From: Mobula hypostoma
Lineage: Eukaryota
DNA length: 64,000 nt
Assembly: GCF_963921235.1 (NCBI RefSeq)
Contig: NC_086108.1
Coordinates: 54,004,001 to 54,068,000 of the forward strand
Reading direction: 5' to 3'
Below, piece after piece: positions 1-10,340 of the stretch. The notes beneath the pieces are model-generated. The model had not been told where the DNA came from. It saw nothing but the letters and a program-made list of their open reading frames with translations, and ran no database searches. Numbering within the stretch: position 1 is the first letter of the stretch; every line of letters starts with the position of its first letter. A program made the translations under genes and the position numbers.

Positions 1-189
1 TTTCAAGACCAGATCAGGAGTACACTGGAATATACTCCATTTGCAAGTTTATATGTACTACGTCGACTCAGTCCTTCCTATGCAAGGCATAGAAGGCATT
101 ATATGTAGCTCCAAAAAAAAAAATCAATGAATGCTCTGAAACCTGTCACATGACCTACTGCTAGTTGATCAAATGTGATCAAGGCTCTA

Positions 190-625
190 GAAATATAGAA
201 CAGGTACGGGCCTTTCACCCCACAATGTCTGTGCTGAAGTCAATGCCAAATCAAACTAAATCTCTTCAGCCTGTTCAAGATCCATATCCCTCCATTCCCT
301 AGATATTTGTGTATCTACATATATAAAAGCCTCTAAGTACAACTATCATATCTGCTTCCACCTCTACCCTTGGCAGCCTTTTCCAGGCGGCTACTATTCT
401 CTGCATAATGACATTTTCCCTCTCTCACCTTAAATTCATGTCCTTTAGAATTTGACATTTCTACCCTGGGAAGAAGATTCTGACTGGCTATGACTCTCAT
501 AATTGTATAAACTTTCTCTGCAGCAGTTCCTTCCGCTGCAGAGAAAGGAACCACTGCTCAGACCAATAAAGCCAAACATAGCTTCTTTACTGCCTTATTG
601 TGGCCACTTTCAGGGAGCTATGGAC
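190..625 (-). mobile_element. Decayed CR1 LINE 3' fragment
   Basis: Minus-strand VYTIMR..PRVEMSNSKGHEFKVR (CR1 ORF2 C-terminus) and a CR1 3' tail near 190-235. Confidence 0.7.
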
Positions 626-1359
626 CATCCTAGAAATAGATAAATAGACGATACAATTTTAAATAACCATGGAAATTAGTACTTCATCAATAAGGACTGT
701 GGAGTACCCTCCTCAAATTCAGCTGTGTGGAGAAATTGAAAAATACAAGGGGAAAGGCCTTACACTCAACATATTCATTTCAGTTTCTTGAAACTTTCTG
801 GTCTCTCTTCTTTTCAATGAGTAAAATTTCCTGTGAGTTTATTTAAACTGCAGAATTGTCTTATGCTCTGAATGTGTAGAGTTGAACTGCCAGAAAGGGT
901 GAAGGGAATTCAAAACCTAGCGGCAACACTGACAATCATAAGGTTTATACGTGTGATTTTGCTCATTTTGCTCTCATGGCTTTACTGCAAATTTTCTCCA
1001 AAGTGAAAAAAATTAAGATGGTAGTGTTAAGATTGCAGTACAGCTGTAGGGATCGATCAGGGAACAGCAATGTAGTAGGTGCTGCCAGAGATCTGCATGC
1101 ATTTTTATCTTCATTATAGGCTGACTGAAATGAATGGAGAATAGTTATAACGTCCTGAAATACTAGGCATCATAATGATAGTCTTGCAAGAATAGTACCA
1201 ACCCAGACACTGCTAGCTGTATTAACGAGTCTATCCCTTTCATTCATTCAGCGCCTTATATTGGCAAAGTTAAATATTTCATTTCCTGCTGAAAATCTGA
1301 AATAAAACAGAAGATGTTGTGAACAGTAATGTAAAGATACCCAAATAACATATTTTACT

Positions 1360-1567
1360 CATAAACACAAAATAATCTGCAGATGCTGGGGTCAAAGCAA
1401 CACTCAGAACACGCTGGAGGAACTCAGCAGGTCGGGCAGCATCCATGGAAAAGATCGGTCGACATTTTGGGCCGGAACCCTTCGTCGGGTTCCGGCCCGA
1501 AATGTCGACCGATCTTTTCCATGGATGCTGCCGACCTGCTGAGTTCCTCCAGCGTGTTCTGAGTGTT
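1360..1567 (-). mobile_element. Penelope-like element terminal fragment with 5' inversion (fold-back)
   Basis: Inverted arms 1399-1480 and 1487-1567. Flanking direct repeat taacatattttact at 1346-1359 and 1567-1580. Homologous to the Penelope termini at 3375 and 20630. Confidence 0.85.
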
Positions 1568-1744
1568 AACATATTTTACTATTGTGTTGGAGGGATTAAT
1601 ATTGGCTAACTTAAAATAAGGTATTATTTATGAGCCAGAGGAAGCCATTCACTCCTTCAAGCCAGGTCTGATTAACAAGATTATGGCTGATCTGACTTTA
1701 AACAGAATCTTGACAATCTGAATGCTCTCATCATATTTACATAG

Positions 1745-1863
1745 ATTTGATGAGATTATTTATGGAACATTTGGTAAAGAAAGGATGACTCAAGTAACAA
1801 TGAACAAGAAATTGGAACGGATCAACCGCTTGAAGAAGAGCTACATTATGGACAGATTCTCTG
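1745..1863 (+). CDS. UBE2U: Penultimate coding exon of probable ubiquitin-conjugating enzyme E2 U
   Basis: Acceptor tttacatag| and donor |gtgagt. Open frame FDEIIYGTFGKERMTQVTMNKKLERINRLKKSYIMDRFS. It ends in phase 1, and G+AG gives Glu in frame with the exon at 2395. Gene name inferred from vertebrate ROR1-UBE2U-CACHD1 synteny. Confidence 0.55.
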
Positions 1864-2394
1864 GTGAGTTGTTTGATAGTTTCATCCATGAGTGAATGGC
1901 TGGATTTATGCAAGGAGGTTAGTACTCCTTTATTACTTTATCTAATGAGATGACTTTTCTTCTTTATAAAAGGTATTGCTGATAGTTTGTCAATCAGCAG
2001 CATCATAGCTAAATCCAGTCTGAATGGATTTCACATTTACCATAAAGTTTAACATATTATTTGGAGTGAGGATTGTTGTTTAATTTCATGAATAAAATCA
2101 GTAATAATTCAGTGTACTGTATGGTGCCAAGCATGATACTGAACTACACATTTTCGCAGAAGTTTAATTCCTAGTTTGTACTGAGTGTTGGTTGAGATGA
2201 TAATGATGTTATAATTATTATCTTCTTTCTGGTAAAAGAAAAGCTTAAAAGTTAGAAGAGAACATGAAAATAATATACCCAAATTTATTCTGTACAATTG
2301 AAGATAATCAAATAAAAAGTCTTGGAATGTCAGATTATTCAGCTCAGGATGGTCATGCTTAATGAGTTAATGAACGGTGGTATTTTATTTACAG

Positions 2395-2549
2395 AGGCTT
2401 CAACTTCAGTATGCCCAGCTCTATCGATGAACATCAAAGCGGAGCAATCCAGCACCTGTGCAAATGAGGAGGATCTGTGGACGAAAGAAGTAGATAATTT
2501 AGTGAACTGGACAACTGGACTCAATGTAGATGAGCTGGAGGATGATTAA
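2395..2549 (+). CDS. UBE2U: Terminal coding exon of probable UBE2U
   Basis: Acceptor tattttatttacag|. Translation (E)ASTSVCPALSMNIKAEQSSTCANEEDLWTKEVDNLVNWTTGLNVDELEDD*. The W..EVD.LV.WT..L...LED ending resembles long UBE2U C-termini as I recall them. Same strand and just upstream of CACHD1. Confidence 0.6.
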
Positions 2550-2611
2550 GAAACAAAAAAAATCCAAATCCTTTATGAGCCCAAACTAGTCTGTAAATGC
2601 ATTATGTAATC

Positions 2612-2617
2612 ATTAAA
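2612..2617 (+). promoter_or_regulatory. Candidate polyadenylation signal (ATTAAA)
   Basis: ATTAAA about 60 nt after the stop codon; a second copy lies at 2714-2719. Confidence 0.3.
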
Positions 2618-3374
2618 TTAATTTGGAAGATATAATGGCTTTTTCATCCTTGGTCCAGCTCATTTCTCACATTCACCCGCTGCAATATTCAGTATCCTTA
2701 TTGCAGCTTGCAAATTAAAACCTCCTTCAGGCATTGTTGCCACTGCTGCTTCAGGAAGCAAAATGATTTGCAAGCACCAACCAAGTCTTCATAGTCCTTT
2801 GCCTGCTTGCTGCTATCAATTACTTTTTTTAGTGCTCATAAGTATCTCTGATAATAAGAATATTTTTAAAAATTAGATGTGTTTTCAGTAATTTTAGAAA
2901 AGTTGTTTAAAAGATGAACAATATATCACTTAACAACACATTGGAAGGGAGTTGAAAGCCTTAGGTTAGTTAAAAAAAACTTTCTTGAACTTACTTTCCA
3001 ATGCAGTTCAGAGCACCATTTCAGTTGAATGGGAGTGTGCTTTATCCACCAGCCACAGGTACCTTGAAGCCAATAGGCTAAGACAAGTCTCTTGACATAA
3101 CCGAATTTGCTCTTACACAAGAATGTGAAATGTTCCATATTTTCCATTGCCCTCCTCCCATGTGAATATGTCTTTGACTAGATTTGGTATGAGGTTAAGG
3201 AATACTTGTGGAGATTTGCCCTGAACTGCTGCATAACACTGGGCTGTGTGCTGAATAGACTGTACCAGGACACGCACAGTGAAGCAAATAGCTGGTGAGT
3301 GAAACCATCAATACAATGAAAGGTACTCTTTAGTATGCTGTAAACTCACTGATATTTTCAGGTAAGATGTTGTC

Positions 3375-4160
3375 TACAGCAACACACACAAAATGCTGGA
3401 GGAGCTCAGCAGGTCAGGCAGCATCTGTGGAAATGTATAAACAGTTGATGTTTCGGGCCGAGACCCTTCTTCAGAACTGAAAGAAAGGGGGAAGATGTCA
3501 GAATAAAAAGGTAAGGGGGAGGAGAAGGAGGCTAGCAAGAAAGTGATAGGTGAAGCTAAGTGGGTAGGAAAGATGAAGGGCTGGAGAGGAAGGCATCTGA
3601 TAGGAGAGGAGAGTGGACGAAAGGGAAAAGGAATAAGGAGGGGACTTGGGGAGATGATAGGTAGGGGAGAAGATGTAAGAGGCCTGAGTGGGGAATAGAA
3701 GAAGAGGGGAGGGGGAGGGAATTTTTTTTTGCAGAAGGAGAAATTGATATTCATGCCATCAGGTTGGAGGCCACTGAGATAGAATGCAGGGTGTTCCTCT
3801 TCCATCCTGTGTGTGGCCGCTCTTGACACAAGAGGAGAATGTCAGAATGGGAATGGGAATTAAAATCTTTGGCCACTGGGAAGTTCAGCTTTTGGCAGAT
3901 GGAGATGGGGGTGCTCAACGAAGTAGTCCCCCAGTTTATGACGGGTTTCACCAATGTAGAGGAGGTCACATCAGAAGCATTGGACACAATCAACAGCAGA
4001 TTCACAGGTATAGTGTTGCGTCACTTAGAGGGACTGTTTGGGGCTCTGAATGGAGATGAGGGAAGTGACTGGATTGGTGTAGCACTTTAGCCACTTGCAG
4101 GGATAAGTGCCGGGAGGGAGATTTGTGGGAAGGGATGAATGGACAAGGTAATCACGAAGA
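3375..4160 (-). mobile_element. Penelope-like retroelement 3' fragment (GIY-YIG C-terminus, 3' UTR, terminal region)
   Basis: Minus-strand PVAKDFNSHSHSD and MEEEHPAFYLSGLQPDGMNINFS, followed by a pyrimidine-rich UTR and the terminal ctgaagaagggtctcggcccgaaac motif. Confidence 0.85.
3442..3479 (-). ncRNA. Minimal type I hammerhead ribozyme motif (Penelope-associated)
   Basis: Minus strand cagtt-CTGAAGA-a-GGG-tctcgg-CCC-GAAAC-ATC-aactg; stem I is cagtt/aactg. Confidence 0.65.
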
Positions 4161-4164
4161 CAGT

Positions 4165-4490
4165 GTTGTCCATGACTGGGTGGCGCAAAATAGCATACTC
4201 AGAAGTCCAGGACTATGTGCTGAGAGGCACACTTGAAGCAGGATGCAAGCATTGCACATTCTCTTTAAGGAAGGGTCACAGTTTAGGGCTTCCCTGCTAT
4301 CACAAATACAAAACATGAAATCTGTGCTAATATTCCATGGACTATTTGCTTTAAGGGTGTAAATGAATGATAACTAATAATGTGCAAATATTGAATAATG
4401 GAAGTAAAATGATGTTATGGGATTGTTGATTTCAGCATTCTTTTGTACATAACTTTTTTATAAATAAAGTTTACTTTAAAATTTAAAAAT
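4165..4490 (+). mobile_element. Decayed L1/Tx1-like LINE 3' end
   Basis: gtccaggactatgtgctgag-type ORF2 ending, AT-rich UTR, then aataaa and an A-rich tail. Confidence 0.4.
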
Positions 4491-5969
4491 GAGTTTCACT
4501 CTTGGCCTTACGTGTTCATTTGATCATAAGTACACATGACTTCAGATCTAGCTGAATCACTCGCAAGTTACTTAGTACACATAACAGTTTACAAGGATGA
4601 TGTTAAACCAAGCAGATTATTTCATGATCATACCAAGGAGTAATGAAAATAAGTATTTGTCCATCAATTAATTGGTAAAGTGCAGAACTATGTATGCCAG
4701 TAAGCACAAGGGTGAATGGGATTTTGTATCATGCAGAACTTTGGATGACCTCATTTACACAGGATAGAGTGAAGGAGGCCGACTGTGTCTTGGAAGATTC
4801 AAGTACAGCAGTATTAACTGGTGAGTGAAAGGAATAAGCAGTCAAGACAAAGCAGACACCTCAGTATAGCTAGCCATATTTTTATGCAGTTATAATTTTA
4901 TTTACATTACTAGTCTTGAGTCCATTCTTCTCTCCCTCAAACGGACTGTAAAATAAAATCATGTTATGGTTACTGTTACCCAGAGGCGCTTTCAGAAATG
5001 AGGTATTTAACTAATCCATTGCACAAAACCAATTCTAGTTTAATCTACTCAAGGAAATGCTGTATAAAGAAGTTATCCCCAAAATACCGTATGGACTCAA
5101 TATTTAAGTTTCCTTTGCCCATCCTAAAATCACTGATTACCACCTCACTTGTCTAGTACATCTCATTATTTCTTCTCATCAGACCTACCATGGAGTTCCT
5201 ATAGCTGGTCAAAACACCACACCTTGAGTGACTTTATGCTTTCATCATTTCAAATCTCCATCCAAATCACTTCTTCATCCCGGTTTCCTTAACAAAAATT
5301 ATTCCTTTCTGTTGTATTATCAACATCATTAATTGAGAAAGCCTTTACCTGGTCTCCTGTCATTTAAATGTAATGTACCTTTAATATTCAGGTGCTGATC
5401 TATGACAATCCTGCAGTCATGTCTCTAATAAGTATCGATTATATTTATTAATTTCTGTTTTCACTCTTAAAGAATCCATTTGTTTCAAATGCTTCATACA
5501 TTCAGGTATAATCTTTAGTTTTTTTCTTTTTTTATTATTTTTGCAACCCCTGTCTTACCTATTGCTACTTTAACATTTGTATTCTCTATTTCTCCTTGTC
5601 AGTCAGTTTTTCATTTCCCATGTTAATACTTTCCTCTTCAGTCTTCTCTCTGCTCTTTGAATCACCACATTCTTGCAACTTTGATCCTTTATGCCCACTA
5701 TTTAGTTTAAAAACTTCTATAATCTCCTTCTGTTGACTGACCCCCAAACAGTACAGCTTCAACTTTCAACAATACTGGTGCTGGAGGCTCATGAACCAAA
5801 AGCTTTTCTGCCACACCTAAGTATGCCATTCTCTGTAAGTCACAGAAACAGGCCTTTTGGCCCCCTGAATGATCATTAAGTATATTTCTATTTACATTAA
5901 TATTACTCTAAACCATTTTACTATCTCCAGCTCTCACCACCACCAATCTCATCCCCAAACTGTTGTTAC

Positions 5970-6422
5970 TGCGCGGTCGGGAATCTTTCGGAGGGTAGGC
6001 CTCAAAATCCCCGGCTTTGCCTGCTGCTGGCGACCGAGAAGGAGGTTGAATCGGTCGGATAGAGATGGCGCTCAGTACTCAATGTCGGAGAGCTGATCAG
6101 AGCTCAAAGTTTTCGGACGACTCAGAGTCGGACCGTGGTCGGGTATGACAGGGAGAGTTTTTCTTCCTTCTCTCTGTCTGCGTGAGATGTGGGACATTTG
6201 AGAGACTTTGAACTTTTACTGTGCTCATGGACTTCTTCATCAAGTTATGGTATTGTTGCATTGTTGTAACTATATGTTATAATTATGTGGTTTTGTTAGT
6301 TTATTTCAGTCTTGGTCTGTCCTGTGTTTTGTGATATCACACCGGACAAAATATTGTATCATTTCTTAATGCATGCATTACTAAATGAAAATAAAAGAGG
6401 ACTGTGTGTCTTCATAATCTAA
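5970..6422 (+). mobile_element. Young LINE 3' UTR fragment (Rex1/L2-type)
   Basis: CpG-rich segment that ends in aataaaagaggactg..cataatctaa, a simple-repeat tail. Confidence 0.5.
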
Positions 6423-6424
6423 AC

Positions 6425-6625
6425 TGCACAATTTACAGTGACAAATTAACCCACCAATCCTCACACGTTTGGAATAGAGAAGAAAACAGATCACCTGGAG
6501 GAAACCCATGTTGTCACTGGGAGAATATGCAAACCTCATCCTCTCCCAGATTCTCTTACACAAGGTCAGGATTATATGTAGGTCCCTGGATCTGTGAGGC
6601 AGAAGCTCTACCAGCAGCATCACTG
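6425..6625 (-). mobile_element. Decayed tRNA-derived SINE (V-SINE-like)
   Basis: ggaggaaacccatgttgtcactgggagaatatgcaaac core, shared with 55690-55875 and 57280-57420. Confidence 0.55.
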
Positions 6626-7149
6626 AGTTGCTTGTCCTATGCTAATTTGCAAGTGACTCATGTGAAAGTCAAGGAAAATGTGGGTCTGGAATGCACCTGC
6701 AATACAAATATTACATAGACAAACTAAGTTAGGACTAATGTCAGGAAGTTAACTACACATAGTTTTCAAGAATGAAAATGGAAACGGCACCCTTGGAATT
6801 ATATAAGAAACAGCTAGATGTTATTATGCAGGAAGTACATAGTACTTTTGGATGGATACAGTAACAGGTCAAATAAAATCTTTCTCATCTGTATACAGCT
6901 GGTGTTTTGCAAGGAATGGGCTTGGTTTGTGTTAACATCAACTCCTCACCCAGGGGTTTGTATCTAAATTCTAACTTCAACCTATTACTTTTTTTCCCTT
7001 CTCTAGATATGTTGTTGTTTATATTATAAATATTTAAATACATTTTAATATTTATTAAATAAAGTAAAAATTCAAATGCATTTAAAAAGATGTCCCACTT
7101 CCAACATCTTTGCTGAGAAGATTGACAATAAAATGGTAAATTTTCTGGC

Positions 7150-7690
7150 ATCGTAATTGGTAAAGCCCTCTCCTCCATTGTGCACATCTACATGAAGCAT
7201 TGCAGGAAGGCAGCATGCAACATCAGGGGTCCCCACCAGCCCGCCATGCTCTCTTCTTGCTGCTACCATCAGGAAGATGGTACAGGAATCTCAGGATTCA
7301 CACCAGCAGGTTCAGAAACAGTTACTACCCCTCAACCATCAGGCTCTTGAACCAGAGGGGATAAGTTCAATTTCACTTGCCCCATCATTGAAATGTTTCC
7401 TCAACCTATAGACTTACTTTCAAGGACTCTTCAACTCATGTTTTCAATATCCTTTGTTAACTTAATTATTTCTTTATTTTTGTATTTGTATAATTTGTTG
7501 TCTTTTCCACACTGGTTGAACAAAAGACAAATGGTCTCTCATTGATTCTATTATGGTTATTATTCTATTAAGGATTTAATAGAATAAATCCTTAATATTT
7601 ATTAAGGATTAGGCCTCCGAGAAAAGGAATCTCAGGGTTGTATATGGTGACATATATGTACTTCGATAATAAATTTACTTTGGACTTTGA
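7150..7690 (+). mobile_element. Rex1/Babar LINE 3' fragment
   Basis: Typical HP.HALFSLLPSGRRYR / RFRNSYYP coding remnant and an aataaatttactttggactttga tail. Confidence 0.75.
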
Positions 7691-9699
7691 ACCATCTCTC
7701 CGTTGTCCAGGAGCATATGCAAGGAAGATATTTTTCTTGCTTTTGAAGGATTAATCACTAGAAACTGTGTTGCTGTTGAAAAAATACCTGCTTAAAAGAA
7801 ATTTAGATAACTTAAAAGGTAAGAAGTAGAAAAATTCCTTGCAGTTGTGCTATGTGTCTTGCATGGCCGCTGGTTAGAATCTTTAAACTGACAAGAGTCC
7901 AAATGTTCTTGAGAAACCTGGAATTATGTAATTGAATTCACACTCTGGATTTATTAGTTTCTGGTCTAAACTTTGAAACCTCTCTTGAATTGAAGAGTTT
8001 TAAAATTCTAGTAGACTTTTTCAACAGGACCCAAAGCCAAGTGTGTCAAGGGTTATTGAGGTTCCTGCTAGATCACTGTAAACCTTGCCAGTACTACGAT
8101 TTTTTTTCTAATAAGCCTGATGATGTGTTGAGAGATGGAAGGATTTCTATATCCCTAGCTTCCATTTACTCCTGGCGATTGGTCTTGAGCTGTGATAAAA
8201 TTGTCTACACTTATAGCATCAACTTCGGGTCCCGGACAACTGCTCCCACCTGGGGCAAAGAAAGATGCGGGATTGAATAGTTGAGGATCAAGACCCAGGA
8301 ACGAATAGAGGTGGTTTACAAAACTGGGAAACAGCAATCACTAGGTCAAGCTCTCCGTTAAGGGGGAACATAAATTCAAAAGCCAGAGAGAGAGAGTCCG
8401 AATCGGAGATGGAAGGTGTAAACTAGTGGCGCCTGAACAGACGAAGATATAATTAACATTCAGCACCTGAAGCCAACCGAGCTTTACTAAACACATGGAA
8501 TAATTCGAGTTCCAAAATGCAAGAGTTCTCACCATCAAACTAGATCACAAATAGTTAAAGAAAATACGTACTACATTCAAAATTAATTAAAAGGGTATTT
8601 GAAAAATTCCTCCACAAAATATAGATTTAACTGTGCGAAAGTAATTTAAAAAATACAGAGCCTTTTTTTTAGAATAAAGATTCGATTATCTCGTACACTT
8701 TAAGGCTACCATTCGATTTTCTGAGGAGGAAAAGCTTGGTAAAAAAACATTCGATTGTAAACTGAAACCACAGACGAGAAAAGAAAAGCAAACCAGCAGG
8801 TTTCCAAGTCTGCCCAGGCAGGTAAGCTCCATGGGATAAGAGGGGATACTCGGTGTGCAGCAAACAAACATATTCAACATTTTGAAGAATATGTTGCAAT
8901 GTGCAATTTATCACACAAGCACACACTGTAAAAGTACTCTTTCTATTTAACACTTTGCTCAAAATTTTAACGATTTCTTAAATTCTCAATAGATTTTAAA
9001 TGTGATTCAGCATCTCCCTTCACCGATTTGGAAATAAAACATTCCCACAAAAAGTGGAGTGGATTATATTCTTTGAGTGGAATGGATTTGCAAATATCTT
9101 ATTACCTGAAATAAAGTACTGGAGTACATCACCAAGGAGAGGGTGACAGAACGACATAGAGGTTAGGTAATGGCATGTTTGTGTTTATAAACTTAGCAGA
9201 TTTTGGGAAGAACGAAGATTTAAAGGAGTAAAAAAAGTTATAGATCTGTAGAAAAGGGTGAATAAGAGTGGATAACAATGAGATTAGTTTTGATTTCAAT
9301 GCAGTGAGAAAAGAAAGAGGAAGAAGAACATGGAGGATGGTGCATCTGTAGTTTAAAAGAAAACAAGATGGGAACGTTTGGAGGAGAACTAAATATAAAG
9401 CTATTGCAAAAATAAAAGATAAGGTAGGTTGTGTCAGAACAGAGAGGTTTTGAATGCGAATCATTCCAAAGGAGACACATCTTTTTCTTGCATCTAGTGT
9501 AAAAGCCCTGGAGGAGTTGCAACAAATTCACTGCCCTTAAAAAAAGTGAAGGCAGTGTTCATGTTTGGTAGTTCATTGCGTTAATATTTAACGGGAATGA
9601 TTATTAAACATGTATCAAAAATGACAAAGTGCATTTCCTCCGCAACCATGTTTGGAGCTGATTGCATTTCGTCAGGGAGGTTGCCATGGTTATTTGCTT

Positions 9700-10340
9700 G
9701 CCCTATGCGGAGATCCAGCGCGGATTTTGCTGCGATCTTTGCTGCTGGAATCCAAGTGTTTTTCTGCCAAAGAGTGAGCAGCAGCGTGTCGCGGGATCCG
9801 CACAGCAGCAAAGTACTAGCTCGCAGAATCTCTGTGGAATAAACATTTTTGTGTATTTTGTTTACAATTAGTGGGGAAATAAAGAAGGACGACTTCCATT
9901 TGGAAGGATTTGTGCACTTGGTTGACATTAGGAATGTGGGCCACAGTTTTTTAGCATTGGGGGAAAAGTTTGCCGCAGAGTTTCAGAAGTTTCTTGTCGC
10001 ATCCACAGTTTTACATCATGGCGAGAGGGAGCCGCGGATGCGTTGAGATGGGAGCTGGACTCTCGGCCTGGGCAGCGGCAGCAGTAGCTCCCCGGCGCCG
10101 CCGTGCCCGCGCCTACAGCCCCCCGAGCGTTTCCCTCGTCGCCCCCGTGTTCCTGCTGTTGCTGCGGCTCATCTCGCCCGGATCCGCCGCCCCGCCGGAG
10201 TCCGGAGACTTCGCCATCCTGGAGGAAGCACAAGTTCTCGCGAATCAGATGCGAATCCTGGCCACCAGCGAACTTGGAGTCTTCAACATGCAGGTAAGGA
10301 CGTGGATTTTCTCTGGTGGATGCTATCCGTTTGCGGAAGA
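9700..10340. promoter_or_regulatory. CpG island / promoter-exon 1 region of CACHD1
   Basis: Sharp local rise in GC and CpG against an AT-rich, CpG-depleted background; overlaps the first coding exon. Confidence 0.75.
10018..10293 (+). CDS. CACHD1: Coding exon 1 of VWFA and cache domain-containing protein 1 (signal peptide and start of the mature protein)
   Basis: ATG in strong Kozak context (atcATGG). 92 codons with a hydrophobic signal stretch VFLLLLRLI. DFAILEEAQVLANQMRILATSELGVFNMQ matches recalled human DFSILDEAQVLASQMRRLAAEELGVVTMQ. Phase-0 donor CAG|gtaagg. Confidence 0.93.

Noticed and set aside
1399..1567. miRNA precursor or intact hammerhead
   Set aside because: The hairpin is explained by a Penelope inversion, and the catalytic core is broken on both strands.
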